A DNA stretch of 32,000 nt from Acaryochloris thomasi RCC1774 (GCF_003231495.1 NZ_PQWO01000035.1:1-32000); one strand, 5' to 3'; counted from the stretch's first letter, positions 7,912 through 17,827 are shown. Program-made: numbers and translations. The notes: generated by a model from the sequence alone, not told the origin.

Positions 7912-8091
7912 ATGGTTTACCTCAAACCTTTGATCTTCATCATCATCCTGGCCTTTTTATCGGTGCTGATGTGTGGGGTGACAAGCGTTCTGGGCGCCAA
8001 CCACCCCTTATTTATGATCATATCCATGATTGGCGGCATGCTAGGAACACTGCTTTTGATGGACTATATTGATGCAGCCTTTCTCCACTAG
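7912..8091 (+). CDS. Small hypothetical 2-TM membrane protein (59 aa); below the ORF-track cutoff
   Basis: My translation is MVYLKPLIFIIILAFLSVLMCGVTSVLGANHPLFMIISMIGGMLGTLLLMDYIDAAFLH. It has two clean hydrophobic helices, starts 19 nt after nadK and is followed by a hairpin. No homolog recognised. Confidence 0.35.
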   Translation: MVYLKPLIFIIILAFLSVLMCGVTSVLGANHPLFMIISMIGGMLGTLLLMDYIDAAFLH

Positions 8092-8155
8092 CGTCAGAGG
8101 AGATCTCTTTGAATCTTGGCATCGTCAAGACAGTAGCTTTAGAGGGACAAACTGT

Positions 8156-8181
8156 AATGCTGTAGAAATTAGTACAGCATT
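8156..8181 (+). terminator. 9-bp perfect hairpin between the small ORF and petN; possible terminator
   Basis: AATGCTGTA-gaaattag-TACAGCATT. The T5 run (8193-8197) begins 12 nt after the stem rather than adjoining it, so this is weak as a canonical intrinsic terminator. Confidence 0.25.
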
Positions 8182-8249
8182 GGCTGACTGTCGTTTTTCC
8201 CTGCCTCCATTTCAAGTTAAAATATCTTTATCATTTATATCGGCAACAC

Positions 8250-8339
8250 ATGGATATTCTGACCTTAGGCTGGGCTGCTACTTTAACCGTATTTACCTAC
8301 TCCATTGCGATGGTTGTTTGGGGTCGTCACGGAATGTAG
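8250..8339 (+). CDS. petN: Cytochrome b6f complex subunit VIII (PetN), 29 aa
   Basis: My translation is [29 protein letters not shown]. This closely matches the conserved cyanobacterial PetN as I recall it (MDILTLGW......FT.SI.MVVWGRNG.). It is too short for the ORF track. Confidence 0.85.
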   Translation: MDILTLGWAATLTVFTYSIAMVVWGRHGM

Positions 8340-8371
8340 AGGCAACCTGTCTCAGATAGAGTGAGGGCATC

Positions 8372-8515
8372 GTGGATAATTCTCTCTTTGATCTACTTTC
8401 ACTGGCTGCGTTTGGGCTGTTGGTGTTTGTAACCTTAGGTATTCTCTATTTGACGTTTGCTGAATGGCGTGATCGCCGCAGAATCCAGCAAGAACAGCGG
8501 GGTCGCCGTAAATAA
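8372..8515 (+). CDS. Small hypothetical single-TM protein (47 aa) with a basic C-tail, directly upstream of argS
   Basis: A GTG start gives [47 protein letters not shown]. There is an in-frame stop at 8357, and the ORF ends 4 nt before the argS ATG. No homolog recognised. Confidence 0.3.
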   Translation: MDNSLFDLLSLAAFGLLVFVTLGILYLTFAEWRDRRRIQQEQRGRRK

Positions 8516-8519
8516 AATA

Positions 8520-10274
8520 ATGGGTTCAACATTAGAACAGCTCAGTGCCCAGTTTTCGAAGGCGCTGACAGCGGCTTTTGGGCCAGAATTTAGCGAGACA
8601 GATCCAATCTTAGGGGTAGCGAGCAACCCGAGGTTTGGAGACTATCAGGTTAACGTGGCTCTGCCTTTGGCAAAACAGTTAGGGCAGCCTCCGCGTCAGA
8701 TTGCTGAGAAAATTGTTCAAAATCTGTCGGTTGACGATTTGTGCGAAGTGCCTACGATCGCAGGTCCGGGCTTCATCAATTTGACGCTGAAACCCAGTTA
8801 TCTTGAAGATCGGCTGCAGTCAATGCAGGGGGATGAGCGATTGAGTGTTGCAGTAGCTGCTCCGCCGCAAAAAGTGGTCGTTGATTTTTCTAGCCCTAAC
8901 ATTGCTAAAGAGATGCATGTGGGGCATTTGCGATCGACGATTATTGGCGACTGCATTGCGCGGGTGCTGGAGTTTCAGGGGCACGATGTCCTGCGTCTCA
9001 ATCACGTTGGAGATTGGGGAACTCAGTTTGGAATGCTGATCACCTATCTGCGTGAAGCTTACCCTTCAGCTTTAACCACCTCAGACGCTCTAGATATTGG
9101 GGATTTGGTGGCCTTTTATAAGCAATCAAAATTACGCTTTGACGCAGATCCAGAGTTTCAAGAAGCCTCTGGTCAGGCGGTCGTCAAGCTGCAGGCTGGC
9201 GATCAAGAAACGCTGCAGGCATGGCAGCTCCTTTGTGATCAGTCACGCCGAGAGTTTGACAAGATCTATCAGCGTCTGGATATTCACCTGACCGAGCGTG
9301 GAGAATCATTTTACAATCCGCATCTGGCAGCGGTGATTGCCGATCTCAAGGAAACCGGACTACTAGTAGAAGACCAGGGTGCTCAGTGCGTTTTTCTAGA
9401 AGGGTTCACGAATAAAGATGGCGATCCGCAGCCCCTCATCGTTCAGAAATCAAATGGGGGCTATAACTATGCCACTACGGACTTAGCCGCTCTGCGCTAC
9501 CGCATCGGGCAAGATAGTGCGCAGCGAATTATTTACATCACCGATGCTGGACAGGCCAATCACTTTGCCCAGGTCTTTCAAGTGGCTCGCCGAGCAGGCT
9601 GGATTCCTGATGGGGTTGAGATTGTTCACGTTCCGTTTGGGGTTGTTCAGGGAGAAGATGGTAAGAAGCTGAAGACGCGGTCAGGTGAAACGGTGCGCTT
9701 GCGAGATTTGCTAGACGAAGCGATCGCAAGTGCTAGGTCGGACCTAGAGCAGCGCATCCAAGCCGAAGAACGCACTGAAACTCCAGAATTTATTGATGAA
9801 GTTGCGCGTGTTGTCGGCATGGGGGCCGTCAAATATGCTGATCTGAGCCAGAACCGCACTAGTAATTACATTTTTAGCTACGACAAGATGCTGGCGCTGC
9901 AGGGTAATACGGCTCCCTATCTCATTTATGCCTATGTTCGAGTGCAGGGCATCAGCCGCAAAGGGAACATTGATTTCTCTCAGCAAAGTCAAATCGATAT
10001 TCAGCTCAATGAAGAAGCCGAACTCGTGCTGGCAAAGCACCTGATTCAGCTTGGCGACGTATTAGATCAAGTTGCAGCCGAGCTACTTCCAAACCGCCTG
10101 TGTCTTTATCTGTTTGAGCTGAGTCAAAAGTATAACCAGTTTTACGATCGCTGTCCGGTCCTTTCATCAGAAGAGCCAGCGCGTACATCACGGCTGGCTC
10201 TTTGCGACCTCACAGCGCAGACTCTCAAATTGGGTCTGTCACTGTTAGGCATTGATGTTGTAGAACGAATGTAA
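8520..10274 (+). CDS. argS: Arginine--tRNA ligase
   Basis: [16 protein letters not shown] (class I HIGH-type motif), a conserved catalytic core and anticodon-binding C-terminus ending ...GIDVVERM. I prefer the ATG at 8520 ([12 protein letters not shown]), giving about 584 aa, to the ORF-track start at 8457. Confidence 0.95.
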   Translation: MGSTLEQLSAQFSKALTAAFGPEFSETDPILGVASNPRFGDYQVNVALPLAKQLGQPPRQIAEKIVQNLSVDDLCEVPTIAGPGFINLTLKPSYLEDRLQSMQGDERLSVAVAAPPQKVVVDFSSPNIAKEMHVGHLRSTIIGDCIARVLEFQGHDVLRLNHVGDWGTQFGMLITYLREAYPSALTTSDALDIGDLVAFYKQSKLRFDADPEFQEASGQAVVKLQAGDQETLQAWQLLCDQSRREFDKIYQRLDIHLTERGESFYNPHLAAVIADLKETGLLVEDQGAQCVFLEGFTNKDGDPQPLIVQKSNGGYNYATTDLAALRYRIGQDSAQRIIYITDAGQANHFAQVFQVARRAGWIPDGVEIVHVPFGVVQGEDGKKLKTRSGETVRLRDLLDEAIASARSDLEQRIQAEERTETPEFIDEVARVVGMGAVKYADLSQNRTSNYIFSYDKMLALQGNTAPYLIYAYVRVQGISRKGNIDFSQQSQIDIQLNEEAELVLAKHLIQLGDVLDQVAAELLPNRLCLYLFELSQKYNQFYDRCPVLSSEEPARTSRLALCDLTAQTLKLGLSLLGIDVVERM

Positions 10275-10279
10275 GCAGA

Positions 10280-11383
10280 TCAGGCGACTGCTGCTGGAAT
10301 TTCAACAGGCTGACCGAGGCGTCTCAACCATCGATAATTAGAGGCAATTGCGCTGCCGAACGTGTCATAAACATTGTACTGAATCCCATATTCCTCACAT
10401 ACTTCAGCCACAATCGGGGCTAGCTTTGGGTAGTGGATATGGCAAACGTCTGGAAATAAGTGGTGAATAGTCTGATAGTTAAGACCCCCTAAATACCAGT
10501 TGAGAAAGGCATTGTCAGGGGCAAAGTCTGCGGATGTTTTGACCTGGAGAATGGCCCACTCATCATCGACTTTATTGGTGCTGTAATCGATGTCTGGATA
10601 GTCAACCGACTCGACCACATGCGCCAACATAAATATGGAGACAACAATCAGGCCATAGACCATATGGGAAATCGAGAGGCCAACGAAGATCTCTATAAAC
10701 GAGTAGCCCTGCCAAGCCGGGATGATAAAAAAGAAGGCAAAGCTGACAATACGTGGGACAACGAAATCGAAAATATCACTAGCTTTTGGCTTCGGAATGG
10801 GATGTCCCAAGTAGCTACCTGAAAAGATAAACCGGCGCGTATCTCCCAGAAACCAGTAAAAGGGAATCAAGGGATATAAAAACCAGATGAAATATTGTTG
10901 ATACTGGTGGTGCCACCGGCGATTCTCGTTGGGAGATAGTCTGACGGCACCGTCACCCTGAATCTCTACATCTAGTCCCTTAAGGTTGGTGTAAATATGA
11001 TGGAGTTTGTTGTGGCGAAATCTCCATAAAAAGCTCGATACCCCAATAAAATCGTGGGTATAACTGAAAAATCGGTTGATGAGGGGATTCTTTGAATAGC
11101 TGCCATGGTTTGCGTCATGACCGACGCTCATTCCAAATCCAGCGAGGCCAAATCCAAGGGCAATGCAGCCTAGAATTTTCAATGGAATATTGGATGGACC
11201 CCAGAGCACAAATGCCCATGATCCCAAGACCCAGCTATAGATCACTGCGGATTTGAAATACATGGCTGGGTTGTCGTTGGGCCTGATATTATTACTGCTG
11301 AAGTAGGAGTCAACTCGCTGACGTAGTGCTTGTCTAAACTCAGATCGCTGGGCAAACGCCACCTTGGGTTGGCTATTGGACAT
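10280..11383 (-). CDS. desD: Acyl-lipid Delta6 (front-end) fatty-acid desaturase, DesD-type
   Basis: The three His boxes are HDANHGSY, HNKLHHIYTN and QTIHHLFP. The QxxHH third box is typical of front-end desaturases. Long stretches (GDGAVRLSP, DDEWAILQ, IASNYRWL) match my recollection of Synechocystis DesD. Confidence 0.8.
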   Translation of the reverse strand: MSNSQPKVAFAQRSEFRQALRQRVDSYFSSNNIRPNDNPAMYFKSAVIYSWVLGSWAFVLWGPSNIPLKILGCIALGFGLAGFGMSVGHDANHGSYSKNPLINRFFSYTHDFIGVSSFLWRFRHNKLHHIYTNLKGLDVEIQGDGAVRLSPNENRRWHHQYQQYFIWFLYPLIPFYWFLGDTRRFIFSGSYLGHPIPKPKASDIFDFVVPRIVSFAFFFIIPAWQGYSFIEIFVGLSISHMVYGLIVVSIFMLAHVVESVDYPDIDYSTNKVDDEWAILQVKTSADFAPDNAFLNWYLGGLNYQTIHHLFPDVCHIHYPKLAPIVAEVCEEYGIQYNVYDTFGSAIASNYRWLRRLGQPVEIPAAVA

Positions 11384-11725
11384 AATTTTTAGGCACTATT
11401 TTTTTCATGCAAATTCATTTTAAGCTGATTGTGAACCGGCTTTATGAATCTTATATCGGTTGTTTTAGTCCGTTTAAGAAGGAACAAAACAACGGCATGA
11501 CTATAGCTTATTTAGGCTTGAGCAGGCATCCTTACTCACTTTCCAGTCAGTTAGCGCATTGACTTTTGTGATTGTCTGTGAATCTCATCAAGGTAGTAGC
11601 CTACTAAGCGGTATAAGTTTTAAACTTGCTAGAAAGTGAGACTAAAAACCTCAGAACTTCGGCTATTTTGTACAGTTATTCTTATGCCTGACGAGAGATC
11701 ACATCCTTAATACTGATGCTAGCCT

Positions 11726-12898
11726 TTAGTCGGTGTTTTGGCCTCGATGAGCGGCACCGACAGCTGCGGAGAGACTGGGTAAAGCGTGCTGATCCAGTTT
11801 TCTCAATAGTTCTGCCAGGATTTTTCGCACTATCCAGGGGCCTTCATAGGTCCAGCCGGTGTAGACCTGTAGAAGACTTGCACCTGCTACTAGCTTCTCC
11901 CAGGCGTCGGTTCCGGTGAAGATGCCGCCGACGCCAATGATGGGCAGTTGGCCTTGGGTCTGTTGCCAAAGGTGTCGAATAATCTCTGTGGATCGCTGGC
12001 GAACCGGACGGCCACTGAGTCCGCCTGCTTCTTGATCGGGCGGATTGCCTGTGGAGAGGCGCTGCGTTTGCAGTCCCTGACGTTGAATGGTGGTGTTGGT
12101 GGCGATGATTCCGGCAAGTTCGTGGGTTTGAGCGAGGGTTGCGATCGCATCCAAATCTTCCCAAGCTAAATCCGGCGAAATCTTGACCAGCAAAGGTTTA
12201 TCGCCCTGATTTTCGGTTTGGAGTGCAGTCAAAATTGGTTCAAGCTGCTCGACGGCCTGCAGCGATCTCAACCCCGGCGTATTGGGGGAGCTGACGTTAA
12301 CGACAAAGTAATCTCCGTACTCCTTTAGCAAGCGAAAGCTGCCGAGGTAGTCTTCTGCCGCCTGTTCGAGGGGGGTAATTTTAGATTTACCTAAATTAAT
12401 GCCGATGGGATGATGATTTTGGGGCCGATGGTACTGTGATGCAGCGAGCGTGGCGGTCATTTGAGCTGCCCCCTGATTGTTAAAGCCCATGCGGTTGATG
12501 GCGGCCTGATCTTGAGGGAGGCGAAACAAGCGGGGCTTAGGGTTGCCCGGTTGGGCGTGGAAAGTGACGGTGCCCACTTCTGCAAAGCCAAATCCGAAGC
12601 TGGGCCACAAATTGGTGGCAACGCCATCCTTGTCGAAGCCTGCGGCTAGACCCAGCGGGTTCATGAATTCAAGACCCCAAAGCTTTTGGGTTAAGCGCGG
12701 ATCGCAGATGCTGCACGACTTTTGCCAGCGTTGAATGGCTGCGGCAGTGAGGTTGCGATGGCCTCCGGCCAGCCTTCGGCTATCGCAGCGACAATTGGCC
12801 CAATCACAGGCCCGCATAAATTGGCGATGAACCGTTTCAGGGTCGGCTTTCAGTCCAGAGAAAAGGAGCGGTCGGAGCGCCTGTTGATAAAGATCCAT
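11726..12898 (-). CDS. pyrD: Dihydroorotate dehydrogenase (quinone), class 2
   Basis: The N-terminal membrane-association helix [50 protein letters not shown] and IIGVGGI are class-2 DHODH motifs. Confidence 0.9.
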   Translation of the reverse strand: MDLYQQALRPLLFSGLKADPETVHRQFMRACDWANCRCDSRRLAGGHRNLTAAAIQRWQKSCSICDPRLTQKLWGLEFMNPLGLAAGFDKDGVATNLWPSFGFGFAEVGTVTFHAQPGNPKPRLFRLPQDQAAINRMGFNNQGAAQMTATLAASQYHRPQNHHPIGINLGKSKITPLEQAAEDYLGSFRLLKEYGDYFVVNVSSPNTPGLRSLQAVEQLEPILTALQTENQGDKPLLVKISPDLAWEDLDAIATLAQTHELAGIIATNTTIQRQGLQTQRLSTGNPPDQEAGGLSGRPVRQRSTEIIRHLWQQTQGQLPIIGVGGIFTGTDAWEKLVAGASLLQVYTGWTYEGPWIVRKILAELLRKLDQHALPSLSAAVGAAHRGQNTD

Positions 12899-12902
12899 AA
12901 AG

Positions 12903-13625
12903 TTACTCCGTCGCTGACGGCAAAGGCCATCCCAGGCGAGTGGGCTGCTGATAAATGCGCTTTAAAGTATTAACATCTCGTACTGAAATCTCAGGAGGCG
13001 TTCGCACCTGAGCGAAATAGAGAGCGTCCGTTTCTGATGGGCTGTGTCCCCAAATTCCCAGCGCATGGCCTAATTCATGGCGTACAGAAGCCATCCTGTG
13101 GGCTTGGTTTCCAAGCTGGTTCGGGCTGATATTAATTCGACAGCGGTGGTCTAGCCGATTGTCGTCATTCACGTATAAGTCGGAACAGCGCGTTTCAGCC
13201 GCTCGAACCCGTTCACCACTGCGGCGCTCAGGCTTTCGGTTCTCAATCAGAATATCTGCAGCGCTAGGCTCCGTCGTCAGCGCTAGCGGTAGGTAGGGTT
13301 GCCAATCTTGAATGGCTATCTCTGCTGCCTGCTGCCAGCCTGTCGCGTCGTTTGAAGCTGTGGCAGGCCCCACATAGACCTGAATCGGAAACTCGCTCCA
13401 CACGAAGTAGCCCACCCCATTTGGTTGAACTTGATCAAAATAGTCTCCCTGCTGGGCTGAATCTTCCCAAGCCGCTAAAGACTCAGGCAGTGGATGGACT
13501 TGAGCCTCAGGTGCCTGTCGCTGATCTGCGCCAGCGCTTGGCGACAAATTGTGACCCAGCATCGTGGCAAGGCAGATAACAATGGCTAATACCCAAGGCC
13601 AGCTTCTGCGAGCAGTACGGGCCAT
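12903..13625 (-). CDS. Secreted zinc metalloprotease, matrixin/metzincin-like
   Basis: N-terminal signal-like segment [24 protein letters not shown], plus the zinc site [15 protein letters not shown] (HExxHxxGxxxH). Confidence 0.7.
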   Translation of the reverse strand: MARTARRSWPWVLAIVICLATMLGHNLSPSAGADQRQAPEAQVHPLPESLAAWEDSAQQGDYFDQVQPNGVGYFVWSEFPIQVYVGPATASNDATGWQQAAEIAIQDWQPYLPLALTTEPSAADILIENRKPERRSGERVRAAETRCSDLYVNDDNRLDHRCRINISPNQLGNQAHRMASVRHELGHALGIWGHSPSETDALYFAQVRTPPEISVRDVNTLKRIYQQPTRLGWPLPSATE

Positions 13626-13631
13626 GAAGCT

Positions 13632-13856
13632 CTATCCGAGCCAACCTGCGCTGAGGACGACCGTTAGCCCCATATAGAGCGCCACCAGTGTCCAAGTGGC
13701 GCGATTGAGCGTGGTTTCTGCACTTTTGGTGCTGGTAAACAGTTGGGCTTGTCCCCCAATGCCTAGACCTTCTCCCTTGGGGCTGTGTAATAAAACAAGA
13801 ACAATAGAGCCAACGGCAGAAAAGGCCCAAACGCCCTGCAGGATCTTAATCAGCAT
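13632..13856 (-). CDS. secG: Preprotein translocase subunit SecG
   Basis: 74 aa with two TM helices flanking the Gly-rich loop LLHSPKGEGLGIGGQAQLF, typical of SecG. It lies downstream of gpmI. Confidence 0.8.
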   Translation of the reverse strand: MLIKILQGVWAFSAVGSIVLVLLHSPKGEGLGIGGQAQLFTSTKSAETTLNRATWTLVALYMGLTVVLSAGWLG

Positions 13857-13951
13857 AGTGATAGTAAAAACGTAGGTAAGGTCTGTGCCAGAATTAGCAC
13901 GTCAAAAGACAAGTGATAAAATCACTTCCAATCAGTATAGCCTGCTCGCCG

Positions 13952-15556
13952 TTAGAGACGAATTCGCACGGGTCCCTTATTCTGATTTACGTCAAAGCCA
14001 GCAGCTTCAATGATGGAATGCCCGGTCATCTCATCGGGTTTTGGAAGCTGCAGAATATCTAGAATCGTGGGTGCGATATCGGCCAAACAGCCATTGTCTC
14101 GCAGCGGTACCTCGGTACCGTGACCCGGAATTTTGCGACCCTCCCCCTCCACCAAAATAAACGGAACTGGATTGGTGGTATGGGCGGTCCAGGGGTTGCC
14201 ATTCTCGTCCCACATCAGTTCGGCATTGCCGTGATCTGCGGTGATTAGCAGGGTGCCACCAACTTTGATTACCTTGTCGAGCAAGTGTCCCAGATTCTGA
14301 TCCACTGTTTCCGTGGCTTCTATCGTGGCCTCCATTTTGCCGGTATGCCCCACCATATCGGTGTTGGCATAGTTGAGAACCACGAGAGAATAGATGCCTT
14401 TTTGAATCGATGCGATGGCTTTATCAGTCACTTCGGGGGCCGACATCGCGGGCTGTTGATCGTAAGTTGACACCATGGGGCTGGCTACCATAATCCGATC
14501 TTCTCCCGGTAGCGGATCTTCAATGCCGCCGTTAAAGAAATAGGTGACATGGGCGTACTTTTCGGTTTCAGCAATCCGTAGCTGTTTGAGGTTGTGGGCG
14601 GCGATTACTTCCCCCAAAATATGCGTGAGATCCTGAGGGGCAAACGCAACTTTAGCTGAAAAGCGAGGATCGTACTGCGTGAAAGTGGTGAAGCTCAGCG
14701 GCTCAATGTACGGGCGTTCAAAGGCATCAAATTTGGGATCGATGAAGGCGCGGGTAAGCTGACGTGCTCGGTCGGGGCGAAAGTTGAAAAAGATGACGCC
14801 ATCTCCCGCTTCAATGGTACCGTCAGCGATCCGCGTGGGCGGTAAAAATTCATCTGTAATCTCGTGGTCGTAGGCATCGTTGATCACATCGAGTGCTGAC
14901 CAATCGCGGGGAAAGGAGAGATCGTCCTGGGTGAGTACTCGATAGGCTTTTTCAACGCGGTCCCAGCGATTGTCGCGGTCCATGGCGTAGTAGCGACCAC
15001 TGAGGGTCACAATTCTGCCGATGCCGCTGTGGGCTAGCTCTGCCTGAAGCCGCTGAATTTCTTGATGACCTTGGGTGGGTGGAGTATCTCGACCGTCTAG
15101 AATGGCGTGAATACAAACGTCTTTGATGCCCTGCTCTTTGGCTAAATCTAGGAGGGCAATTAGATGGTTGACGTGGGCATGAACACCCCCCTGGGAACAG
15201 AGACCGATTAAATGCAGTTTGCTGTCATTCTGGACCACGGTCTGACAGGTCTGGGTGAGCGCTTCATTTTTGAGGAAGCTCCGATCTTCAATGGCATCGG
15301 CGATCCGAACCAACTCTTGAGGCACTGTGCGACCCGCCCCAATATTGAGGTGTCCCACTTCAGAATTGCCCATCTGGCCTGCGGGAAGACCCACGGCTTT
15401 TCCTGAAGTTTCGATCAGGGTGCTGGGATAGGTTTCAAAAAGGCTGTCGACAACGGGGGTCTTCGCAGTTGCGATCGCATTTCCATCACTGCTTTCGCGG
15501 TAGCCCCAGCCATCTAATATGACCAAAACCACCGGGGAGATGGGTGTCAATGTCAT
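13952..15556 (-). CDS. gpmI: 2,3-bisphosphoglycerate-independent phosphoglycerate mutase
   Basis: VVLVILDGWGY, GNSEVGHLNIGAGR, NYANTDMVGHTG and ITADHGNAE are diagnostic iPGM motifs. 534 aa. Confidence 0.95.
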   Translation of the reverse strand: MTLTPISPVVLVILDGWGYRESSDGNAIATAKTPVVDSLFETYPSTLIETSGKAVGLPAGQMGNSEVGHLNIGAGRTVPQELVRIADAIEDRSFLKNEALTQTCQTVVQNDSKLHLIGLCSQGGVHAHVNHLIALLDLAKEQGIKDVCIHAILDGRDTPPTQGHQEIQRLQAELAHSGIGRIVTLSGRYYAMDRDNRWDRVEKAYRVLTQDDLSFPRDWSALDVINDAYDHEITDEFLPPTRIADGTIEAGDGVIFFNFRPDRARQLTRAFIDPKFDAFERPYIEPLSFTTFTQYDPRFSAKVAFAPQDLTHILGEVIAAHNLKQLRIAETEKYAHVTYFFNGGIEDPLPGEDRIMVASPMVSTYDQQPAMSAPEVTDKAIASIQKGIYSLVVLNYANTDMVGHTGKMEATIEATETVDQNLGHLLDKVIKVGGTLLITADHGNAELMWDENGNPWTAHTTNPVPFILVEGEGRKIPGHGTEVPLRDNGCLADIAPTILDILQLPKPDEMTGHSIIEAAGFDVNQNKGPVRIRL

Positions 15557-15814
15557 ACCGATTGCTTTTCCTCACGGATGCATTTTGTTGCAATCATAAC
15601 ATTATTAGAAATGAGCTTAAAACACCCCTAGGCCTGGTTCTTAGGTTGAATTTCAGGAAAACCTTAGCTGGACCCCGAGGAGTTTGCGTAAGCGGGAGTA
15701 CAAAATTTAGATTAGTTGATTTGACAATACAGGTCTGAGTATTTCTACGTCAAACTTCTCGATATGATGTTGCCTGCAGTTGAGTTAATAGAGATTGCAG
15801 TACGCCCCAAACGC

Positions 15815-15864
15815 CCCCTGCTGTCCCCTGCCAGGTGTAGACTAGCGGTTGAATTTTGCAGGGG
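15815..15864 (+). promoter_or_regulatory. Leader element: two tandem CCCCTGC boxes complementary to GCAGGGG, which overlaps the putative SD of the DUF4212 gene
   Basis: CCCCTGC occurs at 15815-15821 and 15825-15831. GCAGGGG at 15858-15864 lies 8 nt before the ATG at 15873. Either box can form a perfect 7-bp stem with it. Confidence 0.3.
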
Positions 15865-15872
15865 CAAAAAAG

Positions 15873-16145
15873 ATGAGCGATTCAAGCGAACGCCAGAGAT
15901 ACTGGCGAGCCAATATAGCTTTGATCCGGAATTTGTTGTTGGTATGGGCTGGGGTGTCCATTGGCTTGAGCATTTTGCTAGTTCAGCCCCTCAATCAGAT
16001 TTATCTAGGGCGTTTGCCCCTTGGCTTTTGGATGGCTCAGCAGGGATCAATCTTCGTTTTTGTCATCTTGATCTTCATCTACGCCACTCAAATGGACAAG
16101 CTTGATCGTCGGTTCAACAGTAAAGGGCAAAATCATGACCGTTGA
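15873..16145 (+). CDS. DUF4212 small membrane protein (accessory subunit of sodium:solute symporters)
   Basis: MSDSSERQRYWRANIALIRNLLLVWAGVSIG...LGFWMAQQGSIFVFVILIFIYA is the typical DUF4212 pattern. It overlaps the downstream SSS permease gene by 11 nt. I prefer the ATG at 15873 to 15849. Confidence 0.75.
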   Translation: MSDSSERQRYWRANIALIRNLLLVWAGVSIGLSILLVQPLNQIYLGRLPLGFWMAQQGSIFVFVILIFIYATQMDKLDRRFNSKGQNHDR

Positions 16146-17817
16146 AGTTTGGACGATTCTCTTTGTCGGCATTACGTTCATGATCTACCTGTATATTGGC
16201 TGGCGATCGCGGGTCAAAGATACGAAGGGCTTTTTCGTCGCCGATCAGGGCGTTCCAGCCATTGCCAACGGGGCAGCCACTGCCGCTGATTGGATGTCGG
16301 CAGCTTCGTTTATCTCCATGGCGGGCCTGATCTCTTTCCTTGGCTATGACGGCTCTATCTATTTAATGGGCTGGACCGGAGGCTACGTGCTTTTGGCGCT
16401 GCTCTTGGCCCCCTATCTGCGTAAGTTTGGTAAGTATACGGTGCCTGATTTTGTTGGGGATCGCTACTACTCTAACTGGGCCAGATTAGTGGCGGTGGTT
16501 GCCGCTCTGTTTGTTTCACTCACCTACGTTGCCGGTCAGATGCGAGGTGTGGGGATCGTGTTCAGCCGTTTTTTGCAGGTAGATGTCAATACCGGTGTCG
16601 TAATTGGCATGGTGATTGTGGCCTTCTTCGCCATTTTGGGCGGCATGAAGGGGATCACCTGGACGCAGGTGGCGCAGTATTCGATTTTGATTGTGGCCTA
16701 TCTGATCCCAGCCGTTGCGATCGCATATCAGCTCACCGGCAACCCTGTGCCTCAGATCGCCTTCACCTTTAGCGATATCGTCGATAAGCTCAACGCAGTC
16801 CAGTTAGATTTGGGCTTTCAGGAATATACCCAGCCCTTTGCTAACAAGTCGATGCTGGATATTTTGATGATTACGGTTGCTCTGATGGTGGGAACCGCGG
16901 GCTTGCCCCACGTGATCGTCCGGTTCTATACCGTTCCTAATGTTCGGGCCGCGCGCTATTCTGCTGGCTGGGCATTGCTGTTCATTGCAATTCTGTATAC
17001 CACCGCGCCCGCCGTGGCCTCCTTTGCCCGCTATAACCTAATCGATACGCTCCACGATCAAAAAATTGAGGAAGTGCGGCAGCTCGACTGGGTCACCAAA
17101 TGGGAAAACACAGGCCTACTGACCTTGGAAGATAAAAACAGTGACGGCACAATTTCGCTCACCCCAGACGAGGAAACCTCCGAAATTACCATTGACCGAG
17201 ACATCATTGTGCTATCGACACCAGAAGTGGCAAAGCTTGCCCCCTGGGTTGTCGCTTTAGTGGCTGCCGGAGGCTTAGCCGCGGCTCTCTCTACGGCGTC
17301 TGGGCTGTTGCTTGTGATCTCTAGCTCCATTGCCCACGATGTTTATTACCGGATGATTAATCCCGATGCTTCAGAAGCGAAGCGAGTATTCGTGGGGCGG
17401 CTGATGGTGGGCTTTGCTATTGCCATCGCAGGTTATTTCGGCATCAATCCACCGGGGTTCGTGGCTCAAGTTGTCGCCTTTGCCTTTGGCTTAGCGGCAG
17501 CAAGCTTCTTTCCCGTTATCTTGCTGGGCATTTTCGATAAGCGCACCAACCGAGAAGGGGCGATTTCAGGCATGCTGGTGGGTCTTTTGTTCACCACCTT
17601 CTATATAGTCGGTATTAAGTTCGGCGGTATGGAACCTTGGTTATGGGGCATCTCAGCCGAAGGCATTGGTACGATTGGGATGCTGCTGAATTTAGTTGTG
17701 ACCCTAGTGGTTTCCCGGCTGACGCCGCCGCCGCCACCAGAGATTCAGGCATTGGTTGAGAACCTACGAACCCCTAGTGAAGCTCCCCTTGCCCTTACTG
17801 ATATTGAGGAAGAATAG
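16135..17817 (+). CDS. Sodium:solute symporter family permease (ActP-like cation/acetate symporter)
   Basis: About 560-aa polytopic protein with SSS-family segments: AANGAATAADWMSAASFISMAG, GYVLLALLLAPYLRKFGKYTVPDF and LPHVIVRFYT. Pairing with a DUF4212 gene is typical of this subfamily. Start at ATG 16135. Confidence 0.9.
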   Translation: MTVEVWTILFVGITFMIYLYIGWRSRVKDTKGFFVADQGVPAIANGAATAADWMSAASFISMAGLISFLGYDGSIYLMGWTGGYVLLALLLAPYLRKFGKYTVPDFVGDRYYSNWARLVAVVAALFVSLTYVAGQMRGVGIVFSRFLQVDVNTGVVIGMVIVAFFAILGGMKGITWTQVAQYSILIVAYLIPAVAIAYQLTGNPVPQIAFTFSDIVDKLNAVQLDLGFQEYTQPFANKSMLDILMITVALMVGTAGLPHVIVRFYTVPNVRAARYSAGWALLFIAILYTTAPAVASFARYNLIDTLHDQKIEEVRQLDWVTKWENTGLLTLEDKNSDGTISLTPDEETSEITIDRDIIVLSTPEVAKLAPWVVALVAAGGLAAALSTASGLLLVISSSIAHDVYYRMINPDASEAKRVFVGRLMVGFAIAIAGYFGINPPGFVAQVVAFAFGLAAASFFPVILLGIFDKRTNREGAISGMLVGLLFTTFYIVGIKFGGMEPWLWGISAEGIGTIGMLLNLVVTLVVSRLTPPPPPEIQALVENLRTPSEAPLALTDIEEE

Positions 17818-17827
17818 CTCAACTAGC

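Noticed and set aside
8069-8359. 96-aa plus-strand ORF spanning the petN region
   Set aside because: petN is read in a different frame with near-identity to the conserved PetN sequence. The 96-aa product is not protein-like and crosses a hairpin and promoter region.
8457-8519. N-terminal extension of argS from the ORF-track start
   Set aside because: The extension ([21 protein letters not shown]) overlaps the 47-aa small ORF in another frame. ArgS homologs begin around MGSTLEQL, which gives the usual ~584 aa.
11844-12734. Several 62-106-aa ORFs on both strands within pyrD
   Set aside because: They are embedded in a gene with full-length DHODH motifs, and their translations are His/Arg/Pro-rich with no motifs.
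15764-16105. 113-aa plus-strand ORF overlapping the DUF4212 gene
   Set aside because: It is in a different frame from the DUF4212 reading frame, which shows the family's characteristic sequence. It also spans the C-rich leader.
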